This document shows positions 39,903-50,338 of a stretch of DNA of 64,000 bases, piece by piece. Within the stretch, counting starts at the first letter, position 1. The number at the start of each line of letters is the position of its first letter. The stretch covers positions 205,935-269,934 of the forward strand of contig CAVVOZ010000037.1 in NCBI GenBank assembly GCA_963749975.1, written 5' to 3'. The DNA comes from an uncultured Candidatus Rokubacteria bacterium. Lineage in GTDB: Bacteria > Methylomirabilota > Methylomirabilia > Rokubacteriales > DASRDR01. The notes beneath the pieces were generated by a model. It was not told the origin of the DNA, did no database searches, and saw only the letters and a list, made by a program, of their open reading frames with translations. The translations under genes were made by a program, and so were the position numbers.

Positions 39903-41888
39903 TCAAAAGGTGACGAGGCCTCCGAGGATCCCTGCTAGGAGACCGCTGGCGATCAGATTGTAGCCCGCGGGACCCACACGCGCATCGCGCCCGGGCTTCG
40001 ATTCGCCCAGGCGAAGTACGGGATTGCCGACAGCTCCACCCGTTGCCGCGCCGGCGCGCGTCCCGGAGCGGAACGGGCGGTAGAGCCGATCGCCCCACGA
40101 CGAGGTGTCGACCCGAAACCCCGGCGCCCGGACGACCACGACGCCCTCGAGGAGCGCGGGGTCCCAGCGGGACGTCGGCGCTCCCGTCGGGTCGATCTCG
40201 AGCTCGGCGATCGGCGCGTCGCCCTGATCGGCTTGCTCGAGGCAATAGACGAGGGGGCCACGCTCGATCGCGACGGATCCGCGCGTCGACTCGATCGCCG
40301 GGTGTGGCTCGATCAGCCTCACGTCCATCGGGAGGTCGAGCTCCACGATGTCACCCGGGCGCCAGCTTCGCTCGAGACGGAGGTAACCCCGGGCGTCCGG
40401 TGCGGCCTCGATCGCTCCGCCGTTCACCCTGACCGTGGCGCGCCCGCACCATTCCGGGATCCGCAGCGCGAGCGGCCACGAGCTTCCGTCTCCAGCCTCG
40501 ATCGTCAGCCGGACCGACCCCTCCCACGGGTAGCGGGTCTCCATCCGGAGGGCCACGGAGCGCCCCGACGGCAGCTGGGTCGCGATCCGGGCCGGCGCGT
40601 ACTGGTGCACCTGGAGCCCCGCGCGATCGCGCGTCGCGACGTAGTGCCCGAGCGACGCCAGGAGCCGCATGACGTTCGGGGGACAGCAGGCGACCAGGTG
40701 CCACTCCTTTCGCCGGCATCCGCCGCGCCCGAGGTGCTCCGGTCGCCCGTTGCTGGCCAGGGGGTTCACGTAGAAGTAGCGCTCGCCGTCGAGCGACACC
40801 CCGGCGAGCACGGCGTTGTGGAGCGTCCGGTCGATCAGGTCGGCGAAGCGCGCCTGGCCGGTGGCCAGCAGCATCCGCCAGCTCCAGAGGATGCTGGCGA
40901 TGGCCGCGCACGTCTCGCAGTAGGCGAGGTCGTTCGGCAGCTCGTACGGCTGACCGAACGCCTCTCCCAGGTGGCGTGAGCCGACGCCCCCGGTCACGTA
41001 CAGCTTGTGGCTGGTGAGGTCCGCCCACTGACGGTCGAGCGCGGCCAGGAGCGCCGCCTCCCTGGTCTCCAGGTACACGTCCGCGACGCCCGCGGTCAGG
41101 TACAGCGCGCGGACGGCATGACCCTCGACCTCGGCGGCCTCCCGCACGGGCACCCGGTCCTGATAGTAGGCCGCGCTGTTGTAGCGCCCGGGGCCGAGCC
41201 AGGCGCGGCCGCGCTGGTCGAGGAAGAACCCCGCCAGATCGAGGTAGCGCCGCTCGCCGGTTTCCCGGTAGAGCTCGGTGAGCCCCATCTCGATCTCCGG
41301 GTGGCCGGGCGTCCCGGGCTGCTTGCCGGGCCCGAAGCGCGCGTCGAGATAGTCCGCGAAGCGCCGGGCGATCCGGAGCAGGCCGTCCTCGCCGGTGGCC
41401 CGATGGTGCGCGACCGCGGCCTGGAACAGGTGGCCCGCACAGTAGAGCTCGTGCCCCTGGGCGAAGTCGGTCCAGCGCCGGCCCGGCTCCGCCACCTGAT
41501 AGTGGGAGTTCAGGTAGCCGTCCTCGCCCTGGGCGGCGCCGACGATCTCGATGACGGTCGCCATGTGGGACAGGAGCCAGTCGCTCGGGATGCGGGCGTG
41601 CTCGTAGGCGGCCGCCTCGATCCACTTGTACACGTCCGAGTCCATGAAGACCGGGCCCTGGTAGCGGCCGGTGGATCTGCCGGCGGCGATGCGGAGGTTC
41701 TCGAGGTTCCCCGCGGCCTCGAGCATCCGGTAGCCGTGGGGCAGGGCGGCGTCACGGTTGGTCGCCTGCCGCCGGGCCCACAGACCGCCCTCGATCGTCA
41801 CGGCGCCTCCGGCGAGCGTCTGCCACATGGCCGCCGGACTGTGGGTGGTGTCGGTCGGGCTGGCGCCGCGGGTCGGGATGCCTGTCAT
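39903..41888 (-). CDS. glycoside hydrolase family 127 (beta-L-arabinofuranosidase HypBA1-like, DUF1680)
   Basis: About 660 aa from ATG 41888 (RBS GGAGGA). GH127 signature regions, including the conserved Cys-rich ..WHLVACCPPNVMRLLASLGHY.. zinc/catalytic site. Ends in an unusual hydrophobic tail, LIASGLLAGILGGLVTF. Confidence 0.85.
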   Translation of the reverse strand: MTGIPTRGASPTDTTHSPAAMWQTLAGGAVTIEGGLWARRQATNRDAALPHGYRMLEAAGNLENLRIAAGRSTGRYQGPVFMDSDVYKWIEAAAYEHARIPSDWLLSHMATVIEIVGAAQGEDGYLNSHYQVAEPGRRWTDFAQGHELYCAGHLFQAAVAHHRATGEDGLLRIARRFADYLDARFGPGKQPGTPGHPEIEMGLTELYRETGERRYLDLAGFFLDQRGRAWLGPGRYNSAAYYQDRVPVREAAEVEGHAVRALYLTAGVADVYLETREAALLAALDRQWADLTSHKLYVTGGVGSRHLGEAFGQPYELPNDLAYCETCAAIASILWSWRMLLATGQARFADLIDRTLHNAVLAGVSLDGERYFYVNPLASNGRPEHLGRGGCRRKEWHLVACCPPNVMRLLASLGHYVATRDRAGLQVHQYAPARIATQLPSGRSVALRMETRYPWEGSVRLTIEAGDGSSWPLALRIPEWCGRATVRVNGGAIEAAPDARGYLRLERSWRPGDIVELDLPMDVRLIEPHPAIESTRGSVAIERGPLVYCLEQADQGDAPIAELEIDPTGAPTSRWDPALLEGVVVVRAPGFRVDTSSWGDRLYRPFRSGTRAGAATGGAVGNPVLRLGESKPGRDARVGPAGYNLIASGLLAGILGGLVTF

Positions 41889-41937
41889 CTGGTCCTCCAG
41901 CTTGAGCGGGTTTGGCAGGTTCGGAACGGGGCCGATC

Positions 41938-42810
41938 TCAGCCGGTGAAGCGCGCTTCGGGCAAGCCCCGCACGCCCGGATCGAGAGCCAGGAGACCCCC
42001 GGCACACGGCTGTGCGGCCAGCGCGTCCGGCGAGAGGCCGATCGTCGCCGACGTCACGTACAGCACCGCGAGGTCCGGTCCGCCGAAGGCCGGGCAGGTG
42101 GGGCGCTGGACCGGCAGGCGCACCGTGCGCTCCGTGCGGCCGGCGGGATCGTGGCGGGTCAGCTGCCACCCGTCCCAGTGCGCGAGCCACACGAACCCCT
42201 CGGCATCGACGGTGGCGCCGTCCGGCGCGCCCTCGTCGCCGGAGAGCTGCAGGAACACGCGGCGGTTGGCGATCTCGCCGCGATCGGGGTCCGAGTCCCA
42301 CGCCCACACGGTTCGGCGCAGGGTGTCGGCGTGGTACATGGTCCGCCCGTCGGGGCTCCAGCAGAGCGAGTTCGAGATGACGATTCCGTCGACCATTCGG
42401 CGGCACGAGCCGTCGGGATCGAGCCGGTAAAGAGCACCCGCGGGAGCGGTCTCGGGATCGTGCATGCTCCCGGCCCAGAACCGGCCGCGGCGGTCGGGCT
42501 TCCCGTCGTTGAAGCGGTTCTCTGGCCGGTCCAGCTCGGGCGTGGCGATGGGCCGGATCGCACCCGTGTCGAGATCGAGGGAGTGGAAGCCGGAGCGCAA
42601 GGCCACCACCAGACCGCCGGCTGCGCGCCGGACGAGGCAGCCCACGGTCTCGGGCGTCGGCCATCGCGTGTCGTGGCCGGTGGCGGGATCGAACCGGTGC
42701 ACGCTACAGCCCTTGATGTCGACCCAGTAGAGGCGGCGGTCCTCCGGGTCCCAGAGCGGCCCCTCGCCGAGGAGCGCCCGCGCCGGCAGGACGCAGCGTG
42801 CGCCGGTCAC
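41938..42810 (-). CDS. SMP-30/gluconolactonase/LRE-family lactonase (sugar 1,4-lactonase)
   Basis: 290 aa six-bladed propeller motifs (..EGPLWDPEDRRLYWVDI.., ..NDGKPDRRGRFWAG.., ..SNSLCWSPDGRTMYHAD..). GTG start overlaps the upstream stop (GTGA). Confidence 0.85.
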   Translation of the reverse strand: MTGARCVLPARALLGEGPLWDPEDRRLYWVDIKGCSVHRFDPATGHDTRWPTPETVGCLVRRAAGGLVVALRSGFHSLDLDTGAIRPIATPELDRPENRFNDGKPDRRGRFWAGSMHDPETAPAGALYRLDPDGSCRRMVDGIVISNSLCWSPDGRTMYHADTLRRTVWAWDSDPDRGEIANRRVFLQLSGDEGAPDGATVDAEGFVWLAHWDGWQLTRHDPAGRTERTVRLPVQRPTCPAFGGPDLAVLYVTSATIGLSPDALAAQPCAGGLLALDPGVRGLPEARFTG

Positions 42811-43794
42811 GATCCGAGGACCGTGGGGAGGCCGGGCTCCGCGGCCGAGCGTCTCTCGTGCCGCGTCACGTGGTCTCCGGGGTCAAGGTGAGCGAGGCGC
42901 GCGACGGACTCGCCGGGAGCGAGGGTGAGCATCCCCGTGTCCGCCCGGCCGGCGGCGGCGAGGTTGAAGGCGTCGGTGATGTGGCTGACCGGCTCGGCGC
43001 AGAAGAACGACTCGCCGGGCGGCGTGTAGACGACCAGCGTCCCGAGCGGGCCTCGCGTCGCCAGCCGGAGCTGAACGCGCCGCTCGGGCCACGCGATCGA
43101 CGGCCTGGCCGTCCCAGCCGACGAAGGCGTTGTCGAGCGCGACCCGATCCACGAGCAGCCCCCGCCCCGGATCGCGGTCGCCGCGGGGCGGCACGCAGAC
43201 GGTGGGCAGCACCTCGGCGTCGGTCAGCCAGAGCCCGGTGACGCGCGCGGTGAGGGTCGTCCCCGCGGTCCGCGGGAAGTACGGATGCCAGCCGAGGCCG
43301 AGCGGCATCGGCGTCTGGCTCTCGCTGGCGACGGCCAGCTCGAGCACGAGGCCGTCCGCGGTCAGCGCGATCCGCTGGGTGGCGCGGTAGGCCCAGGGCC
43401 ACTCGCCGGGCGCGTGCTGCTGCTCGAGGAGGCACGAGGCTGCGTCGCGCGCCGTCACGGTCCACGCGCTCCGGAAGCCGAGCCCGTGGATCGCGTGACC
43501 GCGGAGGTTCGGCGCGAGCGCCACCGTCCGGCCGGCGAAGGCGAAGCGTCCCTCGCGGATCCGGTTCGACCATGGGACCAGCGGGAAGCATGCCATCGCC
43601 CAGGGATCATGCCGCGCGAGCGCCAGCTCGGGCGCGGGGCGGAGGAGCTCCACGGCCGGTCCCGTCTCTTCGGACCAGAAGCGCGCGAGCGCACCTCCCG
43701 CCAGGGGCGAGAGCACGACGCCGAGCGGGCCACTCGCGCAGGGTGATCGGGTCCATGCCGGCCGAGGATACCGGGTCGCCCGCGGTTCCGGCAA
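42807..43794 (-). CDS. aldose 1-epimerase family protein (single frameshift near C-terminus)
   Basis: N-terminal 240 aa in one frame (..GHAIHGLGFRSAWTV.., ..LGLGWHPYFP..). Native C-terminus (..TLVVYTPPGESFFCAEPVSHITDAFNLAAAGRADTGMLTLAPGESVARLAHLD..) is in another frame, shifting near 43085. Confidence 0.7.
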
Positions 43795-43813
43795 GCCGAC
43801 TCGCGTGTGCTAG

Positions 43814-44629
<816 letters not shown>

Positions 44630-44643
44630 TCGCCGGCGCCGCG

Positions 44644-47007
44644 CTAGGCGATCTCGATCCGGCGGGCCCGCGCCTTCACCACGACCGTGCGGCCCTCGAC
44701 CGTCCAGCCGCGGTCGGCGCGCTCCAGCGCGGCCCGGTCCAGGCGGGGCAGGGCGTGGCCGTCGGCGGCCACCTCGGCCGGCGTCTCGGCGTCGTGGAGG
44801 CGCAGCACGAGCGAGCCCGGCGATGCCGTGCCCGCTGCGTCGACGCTGAACGTCACCCGTCGGCCGTCGCGCCGGGCGTGGAGGACGGCCGATCCGGCGT
44901 CGCCCCGGAGGGCGAAGGTCGCTTCCGTCGTGACGAAGGCCTCCACCGTCAACGGGCCGGCCGTCGCCTCGGCCACGTGATTCCGGACCGGGCCGAGCAC
45001 GAGGAGACTGTTCTCGCGAAGGTAGAGCGGCAGCTCCCGGAGCGGCACCTGGCGGCGTAGCGTCAGCGGGCCCTGGTGGACCGTTCCGCTCCACCAGTCC
45101 ATCCAGCGTCCCGGCGGCAGGTACGTGGTGACGGCGCCGCCCGCACTCGTGACCGGCGACACCAGCAGCTCCCGCCCGAGGCAGTACTGGAGGTCGAAGG
45201 CGTAGCCGGCCGGGTCGTCGGGGAACTCCATGGCCATCGGGCGCATGAGGGGCACGCCCGTCTTCGAGGCCTCCCAGCCGTGGCTCACCAGGTACGGCAC
45301 CAGCTGGCTCCGGAGGCGCGCGTAGTCGCGGAAGATGGCGAGCGCCTCGTCCCCGAACAGCCAGGGATCCCGGGGCGTGGCGCCGTGGTACCGGCTGAGC
45401 GCCGAGAGGAACCCGAGCTGCGCCCAGCGGACGTAGAGCTCGGGGGAGGGATCGCCCCAGAACCCGCCGATGTCGTGGCTCCAGTAGGCGAGCCCGCTCA
45501 TCGCGCTGGCGAGGCCGCCGCGCAGCGTGTTGGCCATGTCGAGGAACGTGCACTCGGAGTCGCCGGCCCAGTGACCGGGGTAGCGCTGCACGCCGGGGGC
45601 CGCGCTGCGCGACCAGGCGACGGCGCGCGGTCCCCGGGCGGCCTGGGTCGCCTCGAAGGACTCGCGCTGGAAGAGGAGCGGGTAGGGGTTGTGCATCTCC
45701 GCGCCGGTGAGACCGTTCGCGAAGCGGGCGTCCTCCGGGATGTCTTCGGCGAAGTCCGGCTTGAAGGAGTCGGCTCCGAGCGCGAGCTGGCGGTCCAGCA
45801 GGCCCCGGTACCAGCGGACGGCCTCGGGGCTGGTGAAGTCGACGATGGCGCAGAGTCCCATGCCCCGCTCCGTGCGCTGGCTCCACACGAGCGCGTCGTA
45901 GACGCTGCCGTCCGGGCGGCGCAGGAAGTGACCGCGGGCGACGCCCTCCTGATAGAGCGCGCTCTGGCAGGAGACGTACGGGTTGATCCACAGGCAGTTG
46001 CGGAACCCTTCCTGGTGGAGGGCCGCCAGGAGGCGCCGGGGATCCGGCAAGCGCTCGGCGTCCCACTCGAAATCGCACCACATGAAGGCGCGCTGCCAGA
46101 ACGAGTCCAGGTGGAAGACGTCGCAGGGGATGCCCTCCTGCCGGAGCCGGCGCGCGGTCTCCAGCACGGAGGCTTCGGTGAACTTCACGAAGCAGGTGGA
46201 GGCCCACAGCCCGAAGGCCCACTCCGGGGGGACGGGCGGCTTCCCGGTGAGATCGGTGTAGACGCCGACGATCTCCTTCGGCGTGCCCGCCAGCACGTAG
46301 TAGTCGAGCTCGGGGCCGGCGGCCTCGATCGTGAAGGTGCGATTCGACCGGCTGCCCAGGTGGAACGTCACCGCGGTGGGGACATCCACGAAGAGGCCGT
46401 AGCCGCGGCTGCCGACCAGGAGCGGGATGTTCTTGTACGCGAGCTCCGAGCGGGCGCCGTACGGGTTGCGGTTCCAGATGCGGATCGACCGCCCCACGTG
46501 GTCCAGCCGCGTGAACTTCTCGCCCCCGCCGAAGAAGTGGTCCTCGGGATCGAGGAGGAGGTTGTCCACGACGGCCAGCGCCCGGCGGGCGGGATCGTAG
46601 GGCAGGGTCTCGACCTGGAGCCCCGGCCTGGGGCCGAGACGCTGGCCGGCGAAGTTCACGTCGTCCTGCACCTCGTGGGTCAAGAGCCGGCCGTCGGGGG
46701 TCCGGAAGGCGAGCTGCCAGGGATCGAGGGTCGCCTCGACCGTCAGGTGGGCGGTGCGCAGGACGACCCGCCCCTCCGGCGTCTCCAGGCTCCACGGGCC
46801 GGGCTCGGGCCGCTCGGTGACGTAGGTGAAGGCCTTCGGGACGGGCGCCGCGCCGGCGGTGATCCGGACGCGCACCGCCCGCGGCCCGGCTACCTCGACG
46901 GCGACGCGCGCCGGCGCGAGCAGCTCGGTGTCGCACCGGAACTCCACGCCGTCGGGGGTGCGCTGCCAGGCGAGCGCCCGGCCAAGACCAAGGTTGCGGG
47001 ATTCCAT
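44644..47007 (-). CDS. glycoside hydrolase family 31 (alpha-xylosidase/alpha-glucosidase YicI-like)
   Basis: 787 aa from ATG 47007 (RBS GGAGGAACC). GH31 catalytic region ..WINPYV.. / ..HWAGDSECTF.. / ..SHDIGGF.. (nucleophile and acid/base Asp motifs). Confidence 0.85.
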   Translation of the reverse strand: MESRNLGLGRALAWQRTPDGVEFRCDTELLAPARVAVEVAGPRAVRVRITAGAAPVPKAFTYVTERPEPGPWSLETPEGRVVLRTAHLTVEATLDPWQLAFRTPDGRLLTHEVQDDVNFAGQRLGPRPGLQVETLPYDPARRALAVVDNLLLDPEDHFFGGGEKFTRLDHVGRSIRIWNRNPYGARSELAYKNIPLLVGSRGYGLFVDVPTAVTFHLGSRSNRTFTIEAAGPELDYYVLAGTPKEIVGVYTDLTGKPPVPPEWAFGLWASTCFVKFTEASVLETARRLRQEGIPCDVFHLDSFWQRAFMWCDFEWDAERLPDPRRLLAALHQEGFRNCLWINPYVSCQSALYQEGVARGHFLRRPDGSVYDALVWSQRTERGMGLCAIVDFTSPEAVRWYRGLLDRQLALGADSFKPDFAEDIPEDARFANGLTGAEMHNPYPLLFQRESFEATQAARGPRAVAWSRSAAPGVQRYPGHWAGDSECTFLDMANTLRGGLASAMSGLAYWSHDIGGFWGDPSPELYVRWAQLGFLSALSRYHGATPRDPWLFGDEALAIFRDYARLRSQLVPYLVSHGWEASKTGVPLMRPMAMEFPDDPAGYAFDLQYCLGRELLVSPVTSAGGAVTTYLPPGRWMDWWSGTVHQGPLTLRRQVPLRELPLYLRENSLLVLGPVRNHVAEATAGPLTVEAFVTTEATFALRGDAGSAVLHARRDGRRVTFSVDAAGTASPGSLVLRLHDAETPAEVAADGHALPRLDRAALERADRGWTVEGRTVVVKARARRIEIA

Positions 47008-47036
47008 GGTTCCTCCGCGGTCCGTCGGTGGTGCGG

Positions 47037-47907
47037 TTAGCCCTTCACGGCGCCCAGCGTCAGCCCCCGGACCAGGAACCGCTGCAGGGCGACCGTCATG
47101 ACGATGTTCGGCAGCATGACCATCACGGCGGCCGCGCTCATCTCGCCGTACAGCGGTCCCGACGTCGGTGATGAACCCGGCGATGACGACGGGCAGGGTC
47201 TTCGCGTTCACCCCGCTCAGGATCAGCGCGAAGAGGAACTCGTTCCAGGAGACGAGGAAGGCGAAGATCGCCGCGACGACGAGCCCGGGTGCCACGATCG
47301 GGATCACCACACGCACGAGGACGCCGAGGCGTGTGCAGCCGTCGATCATGGCGGCTTCCTCGATCTCGATCGGGACGTCCATGAAGAAGCCGATGAGGAG
47401 CCAGATGGTGAACGGAAGGGCGAACGAGATGTAGGCGATGAGCAGCCCCGTGTACGTGTCGAGCAACCCGAGCTTCTGCATCATCAGGAAGTAGGGCACG
47501 ACCAGAACGATGCGGGGAGCCATGCGGGTGACCAGCACTAGGAACCGCACGGCAGTCGATCCCCGGAACCGGAAGCGCGCGAATCCGTACCCGGCGAGGA
47601 TGCCCATCAGGAGACTCCCGACCGTCGTTCCGACCGCCACAACCAGGCTGTTCGTCAGGTACTGGAGGAACGGGATGTTGGTCAGCACCCGTCGGTAATT
47701 GTCTAGGATCGGACTGAACAGCCACTGAGGCGGCCGCGCATAGAGACTCAGCTCGGTCTTGAATGACGCGGTCGTGATCCAGAAGATCGGGAACAGCGTC
47801 CACAGCAGGATCGGCACAAGGACGAGCCCCGTCAGCCACACGCGTATCGGCGTCGGCTTCACGCGCGCGCCGCCGCCCGGCTGCGCGGGGCGCAGCATCG
47901 CGCGCAT
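47037..47907 (-). CDS. sugar ABC transporter permease (MalG/UgpE type), C-terminal frameshift
   Basis: EAA loop (IEEAAMIDGCTRLGV). In-frame reading runs on into GH31 without a stop. The canonical C-terminus PLYGEMSAAAVMVMLPNIVMTVALQRFLVRGLTLGAVKG* is recovered in the +1 frame, starting near 47115. Confidence 0.7.
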
Positions 47908-48734
47908 GAGCAGGTAGCAGAGGAGAGCCACCAGGGCGAGCGTGATCATTCCCAGCGCGTTGGCCAGCCCCATGTGCCCGAGTCCGAACACCTGATAGCT
48001 CAGCATCTGGATCACCTGGGTGGACGTGCCGGGCCCCCCGCCGGTGAGGATGAAGATGATGTCCAACTCGCGGAAGGCGTCCATGCCACGGATCAGCACT
48101 GCCACCAGCATGATGTACGTCAGCATCGGCACCGTGATGTGTCGGAAGGCTTGCCAGCGGGACGCCCCGTCGACCGAGGCCGCCTCGAACAACTCGGCGG
48201 GCAGCACCTCGATCCCCGCGTACATGACCAGGAACATGAACGGGATGGTGCGCCACGCATCGACCAGGGTGATCGACACCAGCGCGAGGGTGGGATCGCT
48301 CAGCCACGGAGGCCGGCCCAGCCCGATGAGGTTCAAGTAGTAGTTCAATGGTCCTAGATCGGGATGGAAGATAACCCGCCACATCGTCGCGCCGACAACC
48401 GGAACGACGAAAAGCGGAAGCAGCAGGACCACCCGGAGGGGCCGGAGGAAGCGGAAAGGCTGGGAGAACAAGAGGGCAAGCCCGAGGCCGGCGAGGAACT
48501 CCAGGACCACGGCCCAAGAGTGAACAACCCCGTGACCACGACGGCCCGCCGCACCTCCGGGTCGGCGGCGAGCCGAGCGTAGTTACCGAGGCCGATGTAC
48601 CGGATGTTCCGCGGACGGAGCAGCCACCAGTCGTAGAGGCTCAGCCACGCGGAGTAAACGAGGGGAATCAGGTCGATCGCGAAGAGGAACAGGAGCCCCG
48701 GAAGCAGGAACCCCCGTCCTCCTCGCGCGCCCAC
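47880..48734 (-). CDS. sugar ABC transporter permease (MalF/UgpA type), frameshift near N-terminus and unresolved C-terminus
   Basis: N-terminus (..FLLPGLLFLFAIDLIPLVYSAWLSLYDW..LGNYARLAADPEVRRAVVVTGLFTLG) is in one frame. Then the frame shifts to ..EAASVDGASRWQAFRHITVPML.. The C-terminus reads in-frame into the MalG-type gene with no stop. Confidence 0.6.
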
Positions 48735-48748
48735 GCCTCCCGTCCCGT

Positions 48749-50036
48749 CTACTTGCCGAGGATGCGGTTGGTCCCGGCGTCGATCTCCTTCAGGGCGGCG
48801 TCGAGGGTGAGCTCGCCGGCCGTCAGCTTGCCCGTCGTCACTCGGAAGTGTTCCTGAATGTCCGCGAACTCTCGGAGCCGAGGCCGTTCCTTGGCGACCC
48901 GCAAGCTCGCGAGCAGGGCGTCGACGTATGGCAGGGACGCCTTCGTCCCCGGATCTTGGAGGACGGAGACCCGCGGGCTATGGATCGCGGACGATGCGCT
49001 CGGGAACTTGGTCGCCGCAAGGCCGAACTCCTTGCTGCTCAGCCACTTCGCGAACTCCCAGGCCGCGTCCTGGTTGCCGCTGTTCTTCGCGATCCCGATC
49101 GTCCAGACACCACGCATCGGCGTCTGCCGGACCGCCTTCGGAACCACCGCGTACCCGAGCTTCCCGGCCACGCTCGACCGGCTCGGGTCCTCCATCGGCT
49201 TGGCGCCCTGACGCCCACTGGATGGCCATGGCGACCTGGCCGGTTTGGATCGCCTTGTTGACGTCGGGGAACGTGTAGCTCCGGACGTTGGGGGGCGCGT
49301 ACTTCAGGAGCTCCAGGAAGATCTCTGCGCCCTTCCGGCCGGCGGGCGTGTCGACGCCGCCCTTCCCCTGGGCCGTCACGAGCTCGGCCCCCTGCGACCA
49401 CATCGACAGCAGCATGTAGAGACAGGTCTGGATGTTGCTGCTCGCCGTGATCGCGATCCCGTACTGCTCCTTGGCGGGATCGTTGAAGGCCTTCGCGGCG
49501 GCCAGTAGCTCATCCCACGTCGCGGGAGGCTTCATTCCCTTCTGATCGAACAGGTCCTTCCGGTAGACCAGTAGCTGCATGTTCGGATCGACGGGCAGCG
49601 CGTACTGCGTTCCCTGGAACGCGCCGGCCGCCAGCGCCGTCGGGACGAAGTCGGACATGTCGAAGCCTCGGGCGCGCTCGGTCAGCGGCAGGAGAAACTC
49701 GGAGAGCGGAGGAATCCAGGGCTCGTCCATGAACATGACGTCATAGCGAGCGGCTGTGCTGATCGAGAGCAATTGCTTCTTGTACAGGTCCTCGATGGGC
49801 GCGGCGTCGATGAGGACCTTGATGCCCGTCTTCTTCTCGAACTCGGGCAGGTTCGCCCGGAGCACGTCCTCCTTGAACCCGGCCAGCATCGACAGGGTGA
49901 TGGTCTTGCCCTGGGCCCCGGCCGTCGAGCCCGCGACCAGGAGCGCGGCGACGGCCAGCGCCAGGGCCAGGACGAACCTCGACTCGCGTGCCGCGCCTCG
50001 CGCACATCGACCTCGGTGGATGGCTCTCATCTCCAC
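48749..50036 (-). CDS. sugar ABC transporter substrate-binding protein (family 1), single frameshift
   Basis: Signal peptide (..FVLALALAVAALLVAGSTAGAQ). Shift near 49200: ..QVAMAIQWASG / ..MEDPSRSSVAGKLGYAVVPK..GTNRILGK* in the second frame. Confidence 0.7.
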
Positions 50037-50338
50037 GCCCGTCCTTTCCGCGCGGGCTTGGCCCGGGCGTCATGCCCGGACGGATGCCGCGCCTTCACGG
50101 CGTTCTGGACCGTCAGCATCGTCTCGACCGAGAGGGTCGTCGGAGTCTCCAGTCTGGAAGGGTGACCGGTCACGAATCTAGCACCGGACCGCCCGGACCT
50201 AAAGGGCCCGGTCCCGGGGGGCAGGGGTGGCGAGCTCGCCTCGGCTCACCGCGCGCCGGCGTCGCGTGACCGGCCGCGGTCGCTGGATTTGCGTTCGGCC
50301 ATCCCGTATACTTCCGAGGGTTTGCCCGGCTCCCGGGC

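Noticed and set aside
42866-43591. 241-aa minus-strand ORF overlapping the aldose-1-epimerase gene
   Set aside because: Out-of-frame overlap with a recognisable epimerase, and Arg/Pro-rich low-complexity composition. It is an alternative-frame artefact.
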